Assembly: GCF_040938485.1 (NCBI RefSeq)
Contig: NW_027270904.1
Span: 3,906,001 to 3,970,000 of the forward strand
Source: Diadema antillarum
Lineage: Eukaryota
Length of the DNA stretch: 64,000 nucleotides
Direction: 5' to 3'
In this document: in pieces, positions 37,223 to 51,887 of the stretch
Layout of the letters: every line of letters starts with the position of its first letter
How positions within the stretch are numbered: the stretch's first letter is position 1
Notes under the pieces: generated by a model
Databases searched by the model: none
What the model saw: the letters and a program-made list of their open reading frames with translations, nothing else
Told to the model about the DNA's origin: nothing
Position numbers and translations under genes: made by a program

Positions 37223-37498
37223 GCGTCCTCGCATAAGTTACTCGCACCTTAGCCGGTGATAGGACATTTACTGTGTCTGCTTCAAAACACTGGAACAATT
37301 TACCACTTACCGTAAGACAGTCTATATCAGTCAGTGTTTTCAAAAAAGCCTTGAAAACACATCTTTTTAATAGCAACAAGTTCGTAGCTGTAACATTTAA
37401 TCCAATTACATAATAGTCGTACATGCTTTGAATTGATTGTAAGCGCTTTGGGCCTTGTGGGGAAAAGCGCATTATAGTAATAATGATAATAATAATAA
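37223..37498 (+). mobile_element. 3' end of an L2-type LINE
   Basis: TRTLAGDRTFTVSASKHWNNLPLTVRQSISVSVFKKALKTHLF is the typical L2 C-terminus, followed by tgtaagcgctttgg...aaaagcgcattata and a (TAA)n tail. Confidence 0.85.
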
Positions 37499-38506
37499 GT
37501 TAAGAAAGTTTAGCGCTCAAACATGATCTACAACAGAGAAAATTAATCGGTCAAAATTTGAGCAACATCACTTAAACAGTCAACTAAGGAGGTAAGACAT
37601 CCTAATATACATTTTTATAGGCCAAGGTTCAATTGATTGTCAAGTCACCATCACGGTAAACCTAATATCATTTGTTCATGAATCATTTTACTCATTCATA
37701 TCTTCTTGTGAGAAAAAATATTTTAACGACTCTGTCAGACTTTTTTGAAGATCACATAAACGTCCTCTATACGTGCAAAATATGTTCTTCTTTCTATTCA
37801 AGCTATAAGAACAATTCAAAGACAGATAACGGACATGCACGTACTGGTAGGTGATGTTATAATTATTTGATCGAAATTACTTTTTTAAATTTTTAGGGAA
37901 ATATCTTGTTTAAATACACATTAAATCGTCAATAACTTTTTTTTTCGAGATTCTTCAGAATTTCAAACTGTTACTTTCACTGTTCGGTGTTCACCCCGCT
38001 ACTCCGATTGAGGCCCTACACATTTCGTATTTTGTCGATTAGTATGGTATTTGTTTGTTTGTTGTTGTTGTTTGAATGAATACAAAACTCAAGCTAACAT
38101 ACACGGAAGTGTCAACTACGGCTGGAAGCTTACATCCAGCAGCCGTGATTGTTATTGTATAACAGGTGGAGTTTCTGGGAACCAGTTTGTTATGATTTAC
38201 AGAATAACAAACAATGTCTTTGACAGAAATGATTTCTGAAAAAAAAAAACTTTGTTCAAAATTCATATATATTTTACTCTTAGCATCAGGAACACGTAAC
38301 GCGTTATTCTTATCGGGTATGAAGGGAACCATTTGCTAATAGACCGGTTTGTGGTTGATGTTAATTTTGATAATAACTCAAACAAAAAGTAATCAATTCC
38401 ATGGCAACGGCTAAACTCAACTTGGAGTTCACAAAATGTTAATATCGTATCGTATCGTATCGCATTTTATATCATTATCAGCGTATTATCATCATATGAT
38501 ATCATA

Positions 38507-39037
38507 CACTGCAAAAAGTCCGGTGTTAAATAGTGAACACCGAGCTGGTGTTAAATTTTCGGTGCTCATTTATGGTGTTAAATTAACACCTACGGGTGTC
38601 ATTTTCAAATTTTAAACTGTTTTTTGAAGAGTTTGTTAGTAACTGCACTTCTTGTTGATTTTTAATTTAAACAAGACGATCAAGAATTTTACATTAAAAT
38701 ACTAGATTTTTGAAAAAATGTGAAAATAAATTTACACCAAAGTAACACCAGCTGGTGTGGTCCCTTATTGAAGCTGGACGGGTGTTAAACCATTGATATT
38801 AACACCAGCAAATATCAAATCAACACCATGTGGTGTCATTTTTGAATTAACACCAGTACAGTGTCAAAATAACACCAGGTACAGTGTCAAATTAACACCA
38901 CGAAGTGTCAGGTGAACACTTTTCAACACCATCACAGTGCATTTTTAACACCTGTGGGTGTGGTCCTTTATTGAAGTTTGATCGGTGTTAGATTTAACAC
39001 CCGTGGTGTTAAATCTAACACCGATGTTTTTACAGTG
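38507..39037. mobile_element. CACTG-terminated (EnSpm/CMC-like) non-autonomous element, 531 bp
   Basis: TA|CACTGCAAAAA ... TTTTTACAGTG|TA, with many subterminal AACACC/GGTGTT repeats in both orientations. Confidence 0.8.
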
Positions 39038-39237
39038 TAGATAACCTTCTAATCTAGATGTGTGTATAATATAATATAAGAATATATAATTATATCTGAC
39101 ATTGTATATCATATATCATAATTATATCATGTAATTACATCATTTATATATGTATATTCTTCTCATGCATGAGAATGACGTTGTAGTTCATGGTTACAAA
39201 TGTTTCTTTAAATATGCTATATTGTCCTAAATGTCTT

Positions 39238-39400
39238 TTAATGTCCTGAGCGCAGTGAAGTCATCTTTGGTGTATGCTGTATTGCCAAGAGGTATCTTTG
39301 TTCTAGGCCCATGGTATCACACACCTCCTTGATTATTGTAAAGAAAATTTCAGTTCCCCAGTCGTGATAATATCTTATTATGTCGTATAACAGGACCGGG
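39238..39400 (-). pseudogene. Possible relic of an LTR-retrotransposon integrase core
   Basis: HDWGTEIFFTIIKEVCDTMGLEQRY resembles the SD.GTEF....I.EVC..LGI.Q pattern around the second catalytic Asp. Short and isolated, no flanking domains found. Confidence 0.3.
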
Positions 39401-39496
39401 AGCTGCCGTTGAGCTTGCAATCATTCACCTTTCACAACTCGTCGGATTTGTCTCGACAGCGAACGCCACCTCTTGACCCGACCCTGACTCGCCTCA

Positions 39497-39738
39497 TTGT
39501 TGTTGTTGTTGTTCATTTTCCATCTGTGAAGATGGCTGGATAGCCCATATTCAGCTACACTAAGCTGGTCTTCCATGGGGTCCAGTTGGTTGTGGGGTGG
39601 GACCACTTCACCGGGTTAGACACCCTGCTCTTTGCGATGAATAAATGAAGCGGGATCTTTTACGTGCATGAGCTGTCGTGACTCTCTCATACACGGGACC
39701 TCCATTTTATGTCCTATCCGAGGGATAGGACATAAAAT
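39497..39738 (-). mobile_element. 5'-truncated Deu-domain SINE with (AAC)n tail
   Basis: Minus strand CCCTCGGATAGGACATAAAATGGAGGTCC...CACGTAAAAGATCCC...CGCAAAGAGCAGGGTGTCTAACCCGGTG resembles the Deu core as recalled from SINE3-1/AmnSINE. Confidence 0.7.
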
Positions 39739-41550
39739 TAACGTTTAAAGCCCTTAATAAGGTGTGAACTATACTAGCAAATATACCGGTATTATACACA
39801 GTAAAAAAAAAAAAAAATATGCGACCGAATCGGATCGACTTGAGTTATCAAGCCATGAGTACATGGATCAGTTAATGTACTTGTAGTACATTAGAACAGC
39901 TGTCATGATAGGCCAAAAAGGATATAACTAAAAAATATTTCACATTAAATAGCAGAACATGTCTTAGCTACTGCTACAAAAAAGTATATTTATTATGCCT
40001 ATGCACTGTATACATTAGTTGATAACATGCTTAAAGACTACTAACTATGCAAACAACAATTATGTATGAAGATTAGGGAGAGAAAGAAATAGTGTAACCC
40101 AAAGTTTGAAGTTCTATGATGCGAATATAATTATTAATCTCAAGTAAAAAGTTATGAGTCAATATTTTTACAAACATTTTACGTTCCAGCGAACGAATCA
40201 CCTATTTTATACCTCTATATACCCACCAACCCCCCCCCCCTTGGTATACAGACGACGTTGGACATGCTATTATAATCACATCATCAGCTCTAAACATTAT
40301 CTGCAATATATTTTATAGCTGTATACCACTGTATAATACAATGTGTCCCCTATTCTCGCACCTTTCCGTCGATGCTGACTGCGATTTGTTGTTGCTGTTT
40401 TCGACGATGGGGGCACATTTGGTAACTTTGGAATCAAGAAACTCCAACTGCTTCTCCTAACAACACGGTATAGAGTTTGCTTCGTACTATCACTACCCTG
40501 AATCATCTAGCACTCGTAACATAAAACATGTAAAATGTTGTGCCGTAATGTACCAAACAGTCGAAAAGGGTGACATTTAACGCGGGAATGTAAACGATCT
40601 CGAGTGTATACTGTAAACATTGAGCATACGACCAAGTCGTTGGTGGCTATACGTGAAACAGTGTTGTGAATCATACCCATATGATGGAGCCATGGTTTAC
40701 CCTTGCACCCTAGGAACTGAAGGCACAGCATTTACGACCGGGGGCGGGGGTCTAACAAGAATGCTAACAGCGTGTTGTAAAAATAGTCGTTTACATTTTT
40801 GCGCAAGCCCTCTGCGTATCAATCAGCGTTACAAAGCAAATGAATACAGCAATGCATGCATTCGTTTTCTTTTGTCATATTGAGATTATATTAAGATGAT
40901 TTCTTCAACTGAGATTGTCTATTTCCCCCAGGTGGTGTTCCTCGAAATTGCATTGAGTATTACGAAAAAAAAAAATAGATTACAATGAAGACGCGAAAGT
41001 CGGTGATAATCATTATAATGATAAACTATAGTCATGTAACAGGGAAGTTACAAAGCAAAAATTTATCTCCTACGCATACTTGATGCCGGTGCAAACTGCG
41101 ATGTTACACAATAATTATTGTATACACAGTAAGTCCCATATAGAAAATGAACAAACTCGTGTGTCGCAAGATCTCAGCACGGGAATGATGATTAAAAAGT
41201 TACTTAGCCATTTTAAAAAAGTCATACTGCCATATATATTAACACAGAAAAAGTTAATTGCTTCTAAAAACTGACATTAACGTCCACTGTCGTAATGTCA
41301 TCGAAGAGTATATAAGCCTAAATGTCTGTAGACTTACTGTATCTAGACCGAGCGGCAACATCCTGTAATACAATGATCGACCTGCCTTGATGGCACTATA
41401 GTAACTGCAACTTTATAAAACCTGAAAGCATCCAGGGAAATAGAGGAAGGGTCTGTAGTCTCCAATAAAATGAAGATTATAAAGCCAATATTTCATTTAC
41501 TATGCAATCATTACATAAATCGTTATTTCAGGAAATTATCGTACATAAAA

Positions 41551-41711
41551 CAGTGGCGGATCCAGAGGGGGGCGCAACCGGCGCACGCCCCCTTTATTTT
41601 TCGTTAAAAACAAAAGAAATAAAAAGAAAAAAATGAAATGAAACCCAGAAGTGGCACCAGAAATATTAGTCACGCCCCCCCCCCTTTTGAGAATTCCTGG
41701 ATCCGCCCCTG
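41551..41711. mobile_element. Short TIR element (CAGTGGCGGATCCAG family), copy 2
   Basis: CAGTGGCGGATCCAG ... CTGGATCCGCCCCTG, with TAAAA on both flanks. Confidence 0.8.
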
Positions 41712-41855
41712 TAAAATCACGTCTATAACATACATGTATAGGCCTACACTGTACCTGATGTCGATGAGAAATACTTTGAAAATCTATTTTGATAATATCA
41801 TCACTTCAGAAATTCACACTGTAAATAATTATCTATACACACACGTTATATATAT

Positions 41856-41908
<53 letters not shown>

Positions 41909-43827
41909 ATTATACATATGTATATTATACAAGAAAGATTCAATGTCTTTTGCGCTTAAAGTAGGATACCCTGTATACCCAATTATTTCACATTTTCACC
42001 AAATCGAATTTTCTTATTCATTTGCCTTTTTCTTTTCTTTTCCTTTCTTTTTTGATTGGGGGCGTCAGATGTCCTTTAATAAAGATACTACTAGTAGACA
42101 ATGGTTATACCAATCCGGTTGGCCCCTACTAAGGGGTGTTGGACAGTACATACGAAGAAGAAGAAGAAACATTGAACGGGTTTCTGAATCTACATTAGTC
42201 CCCCCTAAATTTAAACGATTGCATGTCCAACCTCTAATGTGGTGTATTTTGTGCACGAATTCCCCCCTCATCTACCACATATGGTCTGATTAGTTTTAAA
42301 CGGGCTTGTGCATGACATAATTTCTCAAGAATCTTTCCACTTTATTGACAGGTGTGAAACCTGTTATACCGTAATACGGATAGAGCTGGGGTTGGGTTTG
42401 GGATTCAAGCTACAGTAGGGGGTACGTCTGGAACTCTTGCCTATGTTGTTCATGAGTAATTAGTTGCAGTCTGACTATTTCATTACTATTGACACATTTG
42501 GAATTACATGTATTTATAAGCTTCCTCTGCACTGGATCTTTAATTAACCGTCCACCCTGAGGTGGTGGTAAGATGACGTTGGAAGAGGGGAGAACAACCC
42601 GTTGTGTTAAAACGTTCCNNNNNNNNNNNNNNNNNNNNNNNNNNNNNNNNNNNNNNNNNNNNNNNNNNNNNNNNNNNNNNNNNNNNNNNNNNNNNNNNNN
42701 NNNNNNNNNNNNNNNNNNNNNNNNNNNNNNNNNNNNNNNNNNNNNNNNNNNNNNNNNNNNNNNNNNNNNNNNNNNNNNNNNNNNNNNNNNAAGTATTAAT
42801 ATTACTTCATTTTCCCAGGGCAAGGAAGTACCAGGCGAGCTCCTTGATCTTCCGTACCTACCTTTTCTAGACAACGCCATGTTAGCTTTTATTGATGGGT
42901 GCTTCTCTGCAAACCGAGGACGAGGTTATATTGATACTTGTACCACCATCACGACCAGTCTGATAACGCAGTTTTGGGATGTGCACCCTCCGTCGTTCAT
43001 CATGTACACACCGCACGGTAGGCCCACCATTTGGCATGGGGTTACTGCCATGCATTTGGCATGGTGGCAAACGCCCGCTCCCCTGTTCGCCCAGTTGTCA
43101 GTGGTGCCGTGACAAGCTACACAATCCGATTGAATGTTTTCGTATTAATGGAGTCGTAATTCTCCACATCAGGTTGTCACAGCAACATTCAGAAGGCCCC
43201 ACGATGTTATTAGACGTTGTATACTCGCTACTACTTCGGTATACTTTCCTTACTCTGCGGTGTTCCGTTGCTTACCAGACAGTGATGGTCAAAATACGCC
43301 GCTCCTTCCTTTACTGATGGAGCTGGAAGAGCGAGCTCATTTCAGGCGCCGTGTCACTGGGGAGGTGACTGACGCTGTGCACATAAAGCCAGCACCGTAT
43401 GATCAGTCAAACAAATGAAAAATAATAATGTGACAGTTCAACAGGTCAATGACATACCCAGTTTGCACGTGATCCATTACCGGCGTAATAACTGGTGTCC
43501 AACTATGTTTACTGCTAGTGACTCAGTCAGTATAGCCGCTGCATAGAACGACGTGTACAAACCCGTCGCGTAGTAAACGTTGAACAGGGTCACCAATTGA
43601 CCTTGCACAAAAGAAAATTTCCACAGATGCTGCCAGACGTTTTATTGTCCCTTTTCGTGTAACAAACCTCGTCTTATTGTGTATTGTGCATCGCACTATG
43701 TGTGAGTGTGTGTGTATGTGTGCGGCGCTACCCTGGTCACACCTGGGTAGTGCCAAAAGAATGCGGCATGAGAGACCACGCCCACTGGAGGTAAAAACTC
43801 GGTGGTTGTACATTTTGTTTTTGTCCC

Positions 43828-43946
43828 GTCTTCTTCTTCTCCTTCTTTTTCTTCTTTTTTTTTCTTCTTCTTTTTCTTTTTGTTCCTTTTCTTCTTCTTC
43901 TTCTTCTTCTTCTTCTTCTTCTTCTTCTCCTTCAGCTTCTTCTTCT
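43828..43946. repeat. (CTT)n/poly-T low-complexity tract
   Basis: Directly visible; explains the poly-E/K/S ORFs. Confidence 0.95.
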
Positions 43947-45129
43947 TGTAAAGTACAGTCCAACTTCTGGTGTATAAGGTACTTTTTGGCTTGTAAGTGT
44001 CGTGCATAAATGGTGCATTCAAACAAAATAAAAAGAATATACGGAATACTCTATGTCCAGTGCTCCCTTGTCTCTTAATCTATGTAGGCGTTGTGTAAAC
44101 AAGTAACGATCACTTTTTTGTAGACACACATACACATATTATAATATTTGTAGGTGTATATCTATGTATATGATTATATGGTAAATAATCTCACATACAT
44201 TAACTGTATACAATATCGAATATGATATGATATAATATAATAATTATGATATAATATNNNNNNNNNNNNNNNNNNNNNNNNNNNNNNNNNNNNNNNNNNN
44301 NNNNNNNNNNNNNNNNNNNNNNNNNNNNNNNNNNNNNNNNNNNNNNNNNNNNNNNNNNNNNNNNNNNNNNNNNNNNNNNNNNNNNNNNNNNNNNNNNNNN
44401 NNNNNNNNNNNNNNNNNNNNNNNNNNNNNNNNNNNNNNNNNNNNNCTTTCATTCACAAGAATGTAGCCTTGATGTCTTCTTCGTATAATTATACAGTGCG
44501 TTGACTACAGTGAGTTTATGGGGATTATAGTACAATTGCACAATAGAATAAGAGCTCGGCATTTTTCTCGTTAATTCACACGCACCTTACACATACCATT
44601 ACAAGGTACTTTTTCAAAATGGTGTAACCATGGTAACGCATCAATTAAGATATCGCAAACACTACTCTTAACATCGTTTGTTGAGCTGAAATCGCTGTAT
44701 GTGATATACAACAATATTTGCCTGTAAATCTGCCAGCAGAATTGAACTTCATAAATCTACATACTATGTATGTCGCTCCTTGATGACAAATGACAGGGAA
44801 AAAAAATCCTGCCAACAGGTTGCTATGACCTTTCAAAGTGAATTCGATCTGTTGTAAAAGAATCCATTTTGTCTGCGTTATTTGGAAGTCTTAAAAATGC
44901 GCCTGTCCTTACAACGATAGTCCTTGCAGTCTTTCTTTGCTTTTGAAGTGCGTGGACAATAAACTTTCACAAAAGCAGATTCACACTTGCACGCAGAAAC
45001 ACAAGCAGGCAGACACACATAATATCACAGTAAAACAAACAAACAAACAAAACAATCAAAACAAAACGCCAGTGCTAAATGTCTGAATGTCAGTTCCTTA
45101 GTAATGCGATAAAACCTGTGGGTTAATGA

Positions 45130-45510
45130 TTAAAGGTACTGTTTACCTTTGGGAGCCGTCAGTGATTTAAAAATATTCAAGATATCACATTTTATGCATA
45201 TGTGTAGGTCAGTTGTATCACAAAACCTCCTACCATCATGACCATATAAAATTATGCGATAAAATATAAAATATATGGAGATACAATGTATCACTGCTTT
45301 TCTCAATAAGCCATAACTGTAGACGGTTTAGTCTGGAAACATTTTTATTGCAACTATTGCTCACACTTTGTATATCAATACTTAACATCGATTATACTGA
45401 TTCAGATTTTTACATTGACTGTTTCTATCCATAACTCACATCTTAGAACTATTTTGAAGCACTAATGATGGGTTTTTGCTTCATCTGCAAATGGTAAATT
45501 ATGCCTTTAA
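45130..45510 (-). mobile_element. Kolobok/T2-type MITE family 2, copy B
   Basis: TTAAAGGTACTGTTTACC ... GGTAAATTATGCCTTTAA; reverse complement of 58288-58655. Confidence 0.85.
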
Positions 45511-45600
45511 ATAAACACCACAGAAAGAAACACTTCTAACAATTGCAATATCATATTACCTGTTAGGTGGAGACATCAATACCAATTAATAACGTGACCA

Positions 45601-45650
<50 letters not shown>

Positions 45651-48543
45651 CAAACGTTCTGTTTGATTTTGATGAAAATATGTAAATATGTAAATTTTTG
45701 CTTGTTTGTTTGTTTGTTTCGCTTGATCATTTGTTTTCTATACAAAATCCTACAATCCCACAGAATTTTCACAGTACTCTAGTGACGTCATCTCTGTGTA
45801 GCTTTAAGAGAAAGAGCAGCAGATGCTATCAAATAAGTCATTGTCCATTTATTATATTGTGAGATAATAAATCTGTCATCGGGATAAAAATGGGTAGATT
45901 GGAATGGGGATAGATGAAAGATTCCCATCAATTCTTATTCATGCCCACTTTTCTTTTGTATCTCTTATGATGTAGTGGTCAATGTTGTAGGTTATTAATC
46001 AACAACTCATAAGATGAAATACATAAGTTCTCGTCTATAGGTTCTGAAATAGTATCGTGTTTTTGTCATTCATCATGCTTATACAGGAGAGACAAGCGCT
46101 CTTCCATATACACGTAATACAAAATTTCATTCTTGGAAATGACATTTCACACATTTCTCTATCATTCTAGTAATGTGAGTGTCATCACCGATTGTGGTAT
46201 AGTCTTCGGATCTAGAAAGGGTGACACATAGAATTTAACGAAATCTATGAAGGTTTATAGCTTTAAAACGGATTGTTTGATTTTCCTCAAACTTTGATAT
46301 TATGTTTCTGCTTTCGCGAAAATATGCATTCACCTACATTGTATCATGTCTTTATTGAATCATTTATTCATTCAGTTATATCAGTAATTATACATATGCA
46401 AATTATATTGATCTATTGTGGAAAGGAGTATTATTAAAAAAGTGCCTCGTTTGCTTACAAGTTTACTTACATTTGATTTTGTATTATATAAATCAAGTTC
46501 TCTAAGTTCTCTAAGTTCAAGTTCTCCAAGTTCTTTTAAGCAAAATTTAAAAGCCAATTTTTAAAAATCTTATGTATAGTTACTTGCTGTGACCATTTTG
46601 ATATATCTGTTCTTATTCGCAATGATACCTCGCTCGGGTGACTTCATTTGACTTCATTTGACCACATTTCTTTGACCAATAGTGCAATTTTATGGAGCGT
46701 TGAATCCCTGAGTTTTACCTTGAACATCATAAACTATTTTGTACATTCCGTAGAGTTTATTATAATCTCGACATACCGATTTTCGCTTGTGTTTCGTCAT
46801 CTTTCGCAATTAGCATGTTGTACTAAACGCTTATATTATTTCTTTGGAACCTACATCCTACAAGCATTGCTTTTTAGTAGGTTCCTCATATTTACACATC
46901 ATTTTATTACATGTCCTTATACATTTGTGAAATTATGTCTAAAATTGAATGTTGTGTTATACATATTTTACTCCGAAATCAAATGGAATATGAAACCTGA
47001 ATATGGAATATGTAATATGGAACTTGAATGAAAAAGATATATATATATATATATATTCATGATATCTTTTATGATGTATAATGTAAGCTAACGCGTGTCT
47101 ACGGATTGGTTGCAAATGAATGAGCGAATGNNNNNNNNNNNNNNNNNNNNNNNNNNNNNNNNNNNNNNNNNNNNNNNNNNNNNNNNNNNNNNNNNNNNNN
47201 NNNNNNNNNNNNNNNNNNNNNNNNNNNNNNNNNNNNNNNNNNNNNNNNNNNNNNNNNNNNNNNNNNNNNNNNNNAATGTGAATATGAATGAATATACGTA
47301 TGATATAAATATTTGGGGAAACTCACGAAAGGAACCAATACATTTACGAAGGTATTGATAAGTGTCGTCAATGTTTATACAATGTAGGTGTTTCGATGTG
47401 TTCATATTTTGTTAAAAACCGATATGACAACGTGATTTTACTCGTTTTTTTATAACGAGTCTACACTCTGGAAATGATGGTAAATACACTCTCCGCATGC
47501 GAAAGATTATCCCAACTATCACTATGACTTTGTGTGATAAACACGATAAATTCGAATATCCCTCTTGTATGCCATGTCCCTTTCTCAACGACCACAAGCT
47601 GACGATGTTTTTTTCGCTTTATTCATTGCCAATACATTCGAAATGCATATACCACTTTATTATGCAGTAGCCTACACAGTTTGTAAGAAATGTTACTGCT
47701 ACACAGTTGCTAAATGCATATCCTTATATGTCTGTTCTGCATGAAATTCAATGTGTGGAAATACAAGAGGTGTAAACAGCAAGGGAAATGTGTTGCCAAG
47801 GGAGATGTGTACCTTACGGTGAGAATTTTAGACCGATTCTAGACCGATCAGTTTTAAGATGTGGATGCATATTTCGAATATTCTGTACTCAACTTCAACT
47901 GATGACAGGGTGTTGTTATGGCTTCTTATAGGTTGTTGTACACCTGTGAGCAGCTCGTAAAATAGGCCGGAATTCGAATACATGTATAACAACCAAGCAT
48001 TGTTTCACACAAAATGTAACTTTATGAAACCAAGGATGTTCAAGGAAATTGTAGTGTCTTTCGTGTGAAAAGGCATGGTAACCAGCACCGTGTGACGATA
48101 AGTCGACTATCGTGGTTTAGTGTACTATACGTGCCCATAAATTACCATTTTTGACAGCCAGTTGAAATGATATAGGGATAACACCACAGAGGACATATAA
48201 AGGCTTAAGTTTTTTTGNNNNNNNNNNNNNNNNNNNNNNNNNNNNNNNNNNNNNNNNNNNNNNNNNNNNNNNNNNNNNNNNNNNNNNNNNNNNNNNNNNN
48301 NNNNNNNNNNNNNNNNNNNNNNNNNNNNNNNNNNNNNNNNNNNNNNNNNNNNNNNNNNNNNNNNNNNNNNNNNNNNNNNNNNNNNNNNNNNNNNNNNNNN
48401 NNNNNNNNNNNNNNNNNNNNNNNNNNNNNNNNNNNNAAATATATCTCTCTATATTATGTATCTTTTGATCCCTCCTTCCTCCCGCCTCTCTCCACTTACT
48501 TCTCTCCATCTCCCCCCTCTCTCTCTCTCTTGCTCTATTTCCT

Positions 48544-48574
<31 letters not shown>

Positions 48575-51500
48575 TCATGAACATAATAAAAAGAGACATG
48601 ATGACGTAAAGAAGTAAGGTTTTGTAAATCAATAGTAATCACGCTGCATGAAATTTGGATCACAATGAAAGAGAATGTACTCGACTTTCCACTTTCAGAA
48701 GGCAAGGGGAATGATATTGCCTTTGGCATACATGTATATTATGTTATTTGGTAAAGGAATTTGTACTTTTTTCGGCACTTTTTGTTAAAAGAAAAACCAC
48801 CGAAGTTAGTAATTTCTTGCTTTATGAAGTTTATAATCATTGGTTGCTCTACTCCGACATTACGGATAATTTGCAGTCTTCTTAATTATCCAGCGATGAA
48901 TGCACATTGATCTAACCTAACTTTAAAAACTCAAAACTTTTGAACGAATTTCAAGATTTTTCACTGATGTGTCCAACAAAATTTCTGTATTTAGCGAATC
49001 CACATACATGCATATTTGTGTGAAATTCCTCTTTGATAGCTGAACCACAGCAGTTTCCCAAACGTTTGACACCATTACACAAACACGTACATTTTTCTTT
49101 TGTCCAAATCCCAATGTTTAATAAGGTTCTTTTACATATTTACAAACATGCAGTCCGGCATGTCTTCATGCTGTACAAACTTCACAACGATGTAACGTGT
49201 AAAAACATCAACACCAGTAACAATTTATTGAACAACCGTAGAGAGCTTTAGATCTGCGATGCTAATCCTCGGACGCAGCAGCTATAGGCAACAAAATCAT
49301 GTTCTGCACATGCGCGAAACAACTGCTCCCACGTGACGGTCCAACTGCTTCCAATCCGGAAGGACGCGCATCATAACCTATTCGTACGTCGCAAATCTAA
49401 AGTTCACTATAGTAATATACAACGTGATCAACAGAAAAAGGCAAAACCCAGCGTTCAGAATACCATGGTCGAAATTCAGTAAAGTTTAGAGTGGATTCAA
49501 GTCCAAACAGAAGTTTGGACTCAGTTCCGAGTTCCGAGTTTCAGGTTACAAACTTCAAAACAAACGGCTTTAAAATGACATTATAGACATATTCAGCAAT
49601 GGTATCACCACCATTTTATGCCTTAAAAAAAAAGAGAAAGAGGACTCACGATTAAGTTGCTATATTCTAGTCCAATCTGAGCAACAGGCAAGTGCAGTAG
49701 TATATGTAATCAATAATCAGTAACATTATTTCTGACTATCCCGGCATCCAGACATCCTGACATCACAATCGGGCAATTAATCAATTGAAAAAAAAAAAAT
49801 CGGTGTTTAATCACTTTCATTTACATACGTTCCGTGGCATTTAGTAGGCCTACATCGTGATTCGTTTTAGGAATCGGCTTGTTTCCGTAAGAATTTCACA
49901 TAATGGCTGCTTCTGCCGGAAAAGGTTTTTTAGTGATAGTGTGGGGTACGACGAATATTTCTCTTCTCTAAATACACTTTTCTCCTGTGTTATTACACAA
50001 ACTTTTGTCACGACGTTTTGCTCCGTATGCTACCATAGTTAAATTTTGGTCAACAATGGTACCAAAAATCTCAAAATCTCGATCTCTTTCTTGCACAATG
50101 TCTCATATGCATCTTTAAACATATACACACGAACAAAAACAAAAAAATCTGTTTGGTTTGCAAAGTTCGCGGTTACGTGTACCAGTATGTCGTCATAGCG
50201 ACTATTTGACCGAGTTTTAACTCGGAGGAGGTTATCTCACGTCAGTTAACGTGTGATTATATCTTTTAGAGCTGAACGTTTGATTTCTATAGCACTGTCG
50301 ATAATATGATGACGCTTGTAATGATGTCACTCATCTGCGTTAGAACGACGTAAGGCTAAAGAAGGGCGGAGTTGCTGCAAGGAGTACATTTTGCTTAGAG
50401 CTAAACGTGCCATCGAGAAAATGTTGTTATATAGATCTGGAACTTTAAGAAAATAATTACATATTCCAGAAAAAGTTTAAAACGTTGTGAAGATGAAATA
50501 AGCACTACTTTTATCAGAGTATTTGCGCCATATTCGACGATACATTGAAAAAGCAGGAGAACTCTTCGGGCGTTTCGGAAAAAAAAAATGTCAGTCTAAG
50601 AAACAATAATCGTCCCTCCCATGGAAAGGAATATACCACGGGAGTTACCGTCATGGTATCGAGGAATCGTAACGCATATAAAATGTAAAGGGCAAATGTA
50701 GATTAACTTTCGGTATCTTATAAACTTCTGTACCGATGTCACACAACGCTTAATGTCGGAAAAACAACACTAACCTGCAGAATGAATGTTCTGCAGATCA
50801 ACATGAAATATGCAAAGTTTCACTCCAGCCTTGAAAACAGCAGATGCCTAGAATAAAATGTGACCTTAGATTCTATTGACCATGTTGTTTGAAGAAACAT
50901 TGAAACTGAATTGGATACCTATGGCTACCCTGGGTATTCTTTTCTTCTTCCTTTCATTATTTCCCCAGGTATCTGCCGACTACCATCGATTGGTAAAGAG
51001 GGTCATATCTATCAGGTGAATATCATACGGCCACCATGAACTATAATTAATAGATGTTGCAATAGATTGTGGATATCATCAGCCGTCGTTGGATTGAAGA
51101 GAATAATCCAAGGTCATTGTGATGTCATAATTGATTTACTCATCAACCATGTAACACCTTTGGGGATACAAGCCAGTCCACATTCAGGAGCAGCACCGAT
51201 AAAATTGTCTCCTAAGTCACCAGCTCATGGTAGCCTGAAAATGTTACAGGTCTCCTTTTTGAGTACGTGAAATTCCAAATGCTTCCAGAAATTTGCAGTC
51301 ATGAAGGATTCTGTAAGACCTGTATGATGACGTCAGTACTTTTATTTCAAGTGACTTGAGAACGTGTCTTAAGAAATACGTCGAACTCAATTCGAAAACA
51401 AGAACAAAATCTAAGGAACCTTGCAGACCCTTTGGAGAGGCTGATTAAAAGTAATACTAGTAATTGGCATTGCTCAGTCTGTTACACAGCGCTCACAAAC

Positions 51501-51887
51501 CACAAACGGATAATATTGTGCTGGATTTGATGAGCTTGAGGATATCTGCTGTCTTCAGACTTTGTGACTATTTCTCATTGAAAAATAATGAGGAAGTCCA
51601 GAAATAAGCAGGCACGACCATAAACAAAGAACGCCTTTTATTCTAGAGAATAACACAAGGCGGACATCAAGGATATGGGTACTGTCAAAACATATTATTT
51701 GGCACATAGCCTTAATTAACAGTTCTGGAAATACTGTATCAAGGTGATCTACTTCCACAAGTTACAAAATGTATGCAATGGAAATGTCAGCTCCTTCTTC
51801 TTGTGTTTCTATTTCACATGTTTGATTTAGTTTGTTTTCGTGAGTTCCTTTCAAAAGAAAAAGAACCTCACTGTGGCGTTGCATGTC

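Noticed and set aside
42790-43400. Cys-rich minus-strand fragments resembling EGF repeats (NPCQ.GG, NDGGC..QNC)
   Set aside because: Needs several frameshifts, has no correct six-Cys spacing and no splice sites.
42573-48632. Long ORFs running through N runs or (CT)n/(CTT)n tracts
   Set aside because: Artefacts of X translation and simple repeats.
50969-51015. Plus-strand mini-exon behind a long polypyrimidine tract
   Set aside because: Two competing donors, no recognisable peptide and no partner exon.
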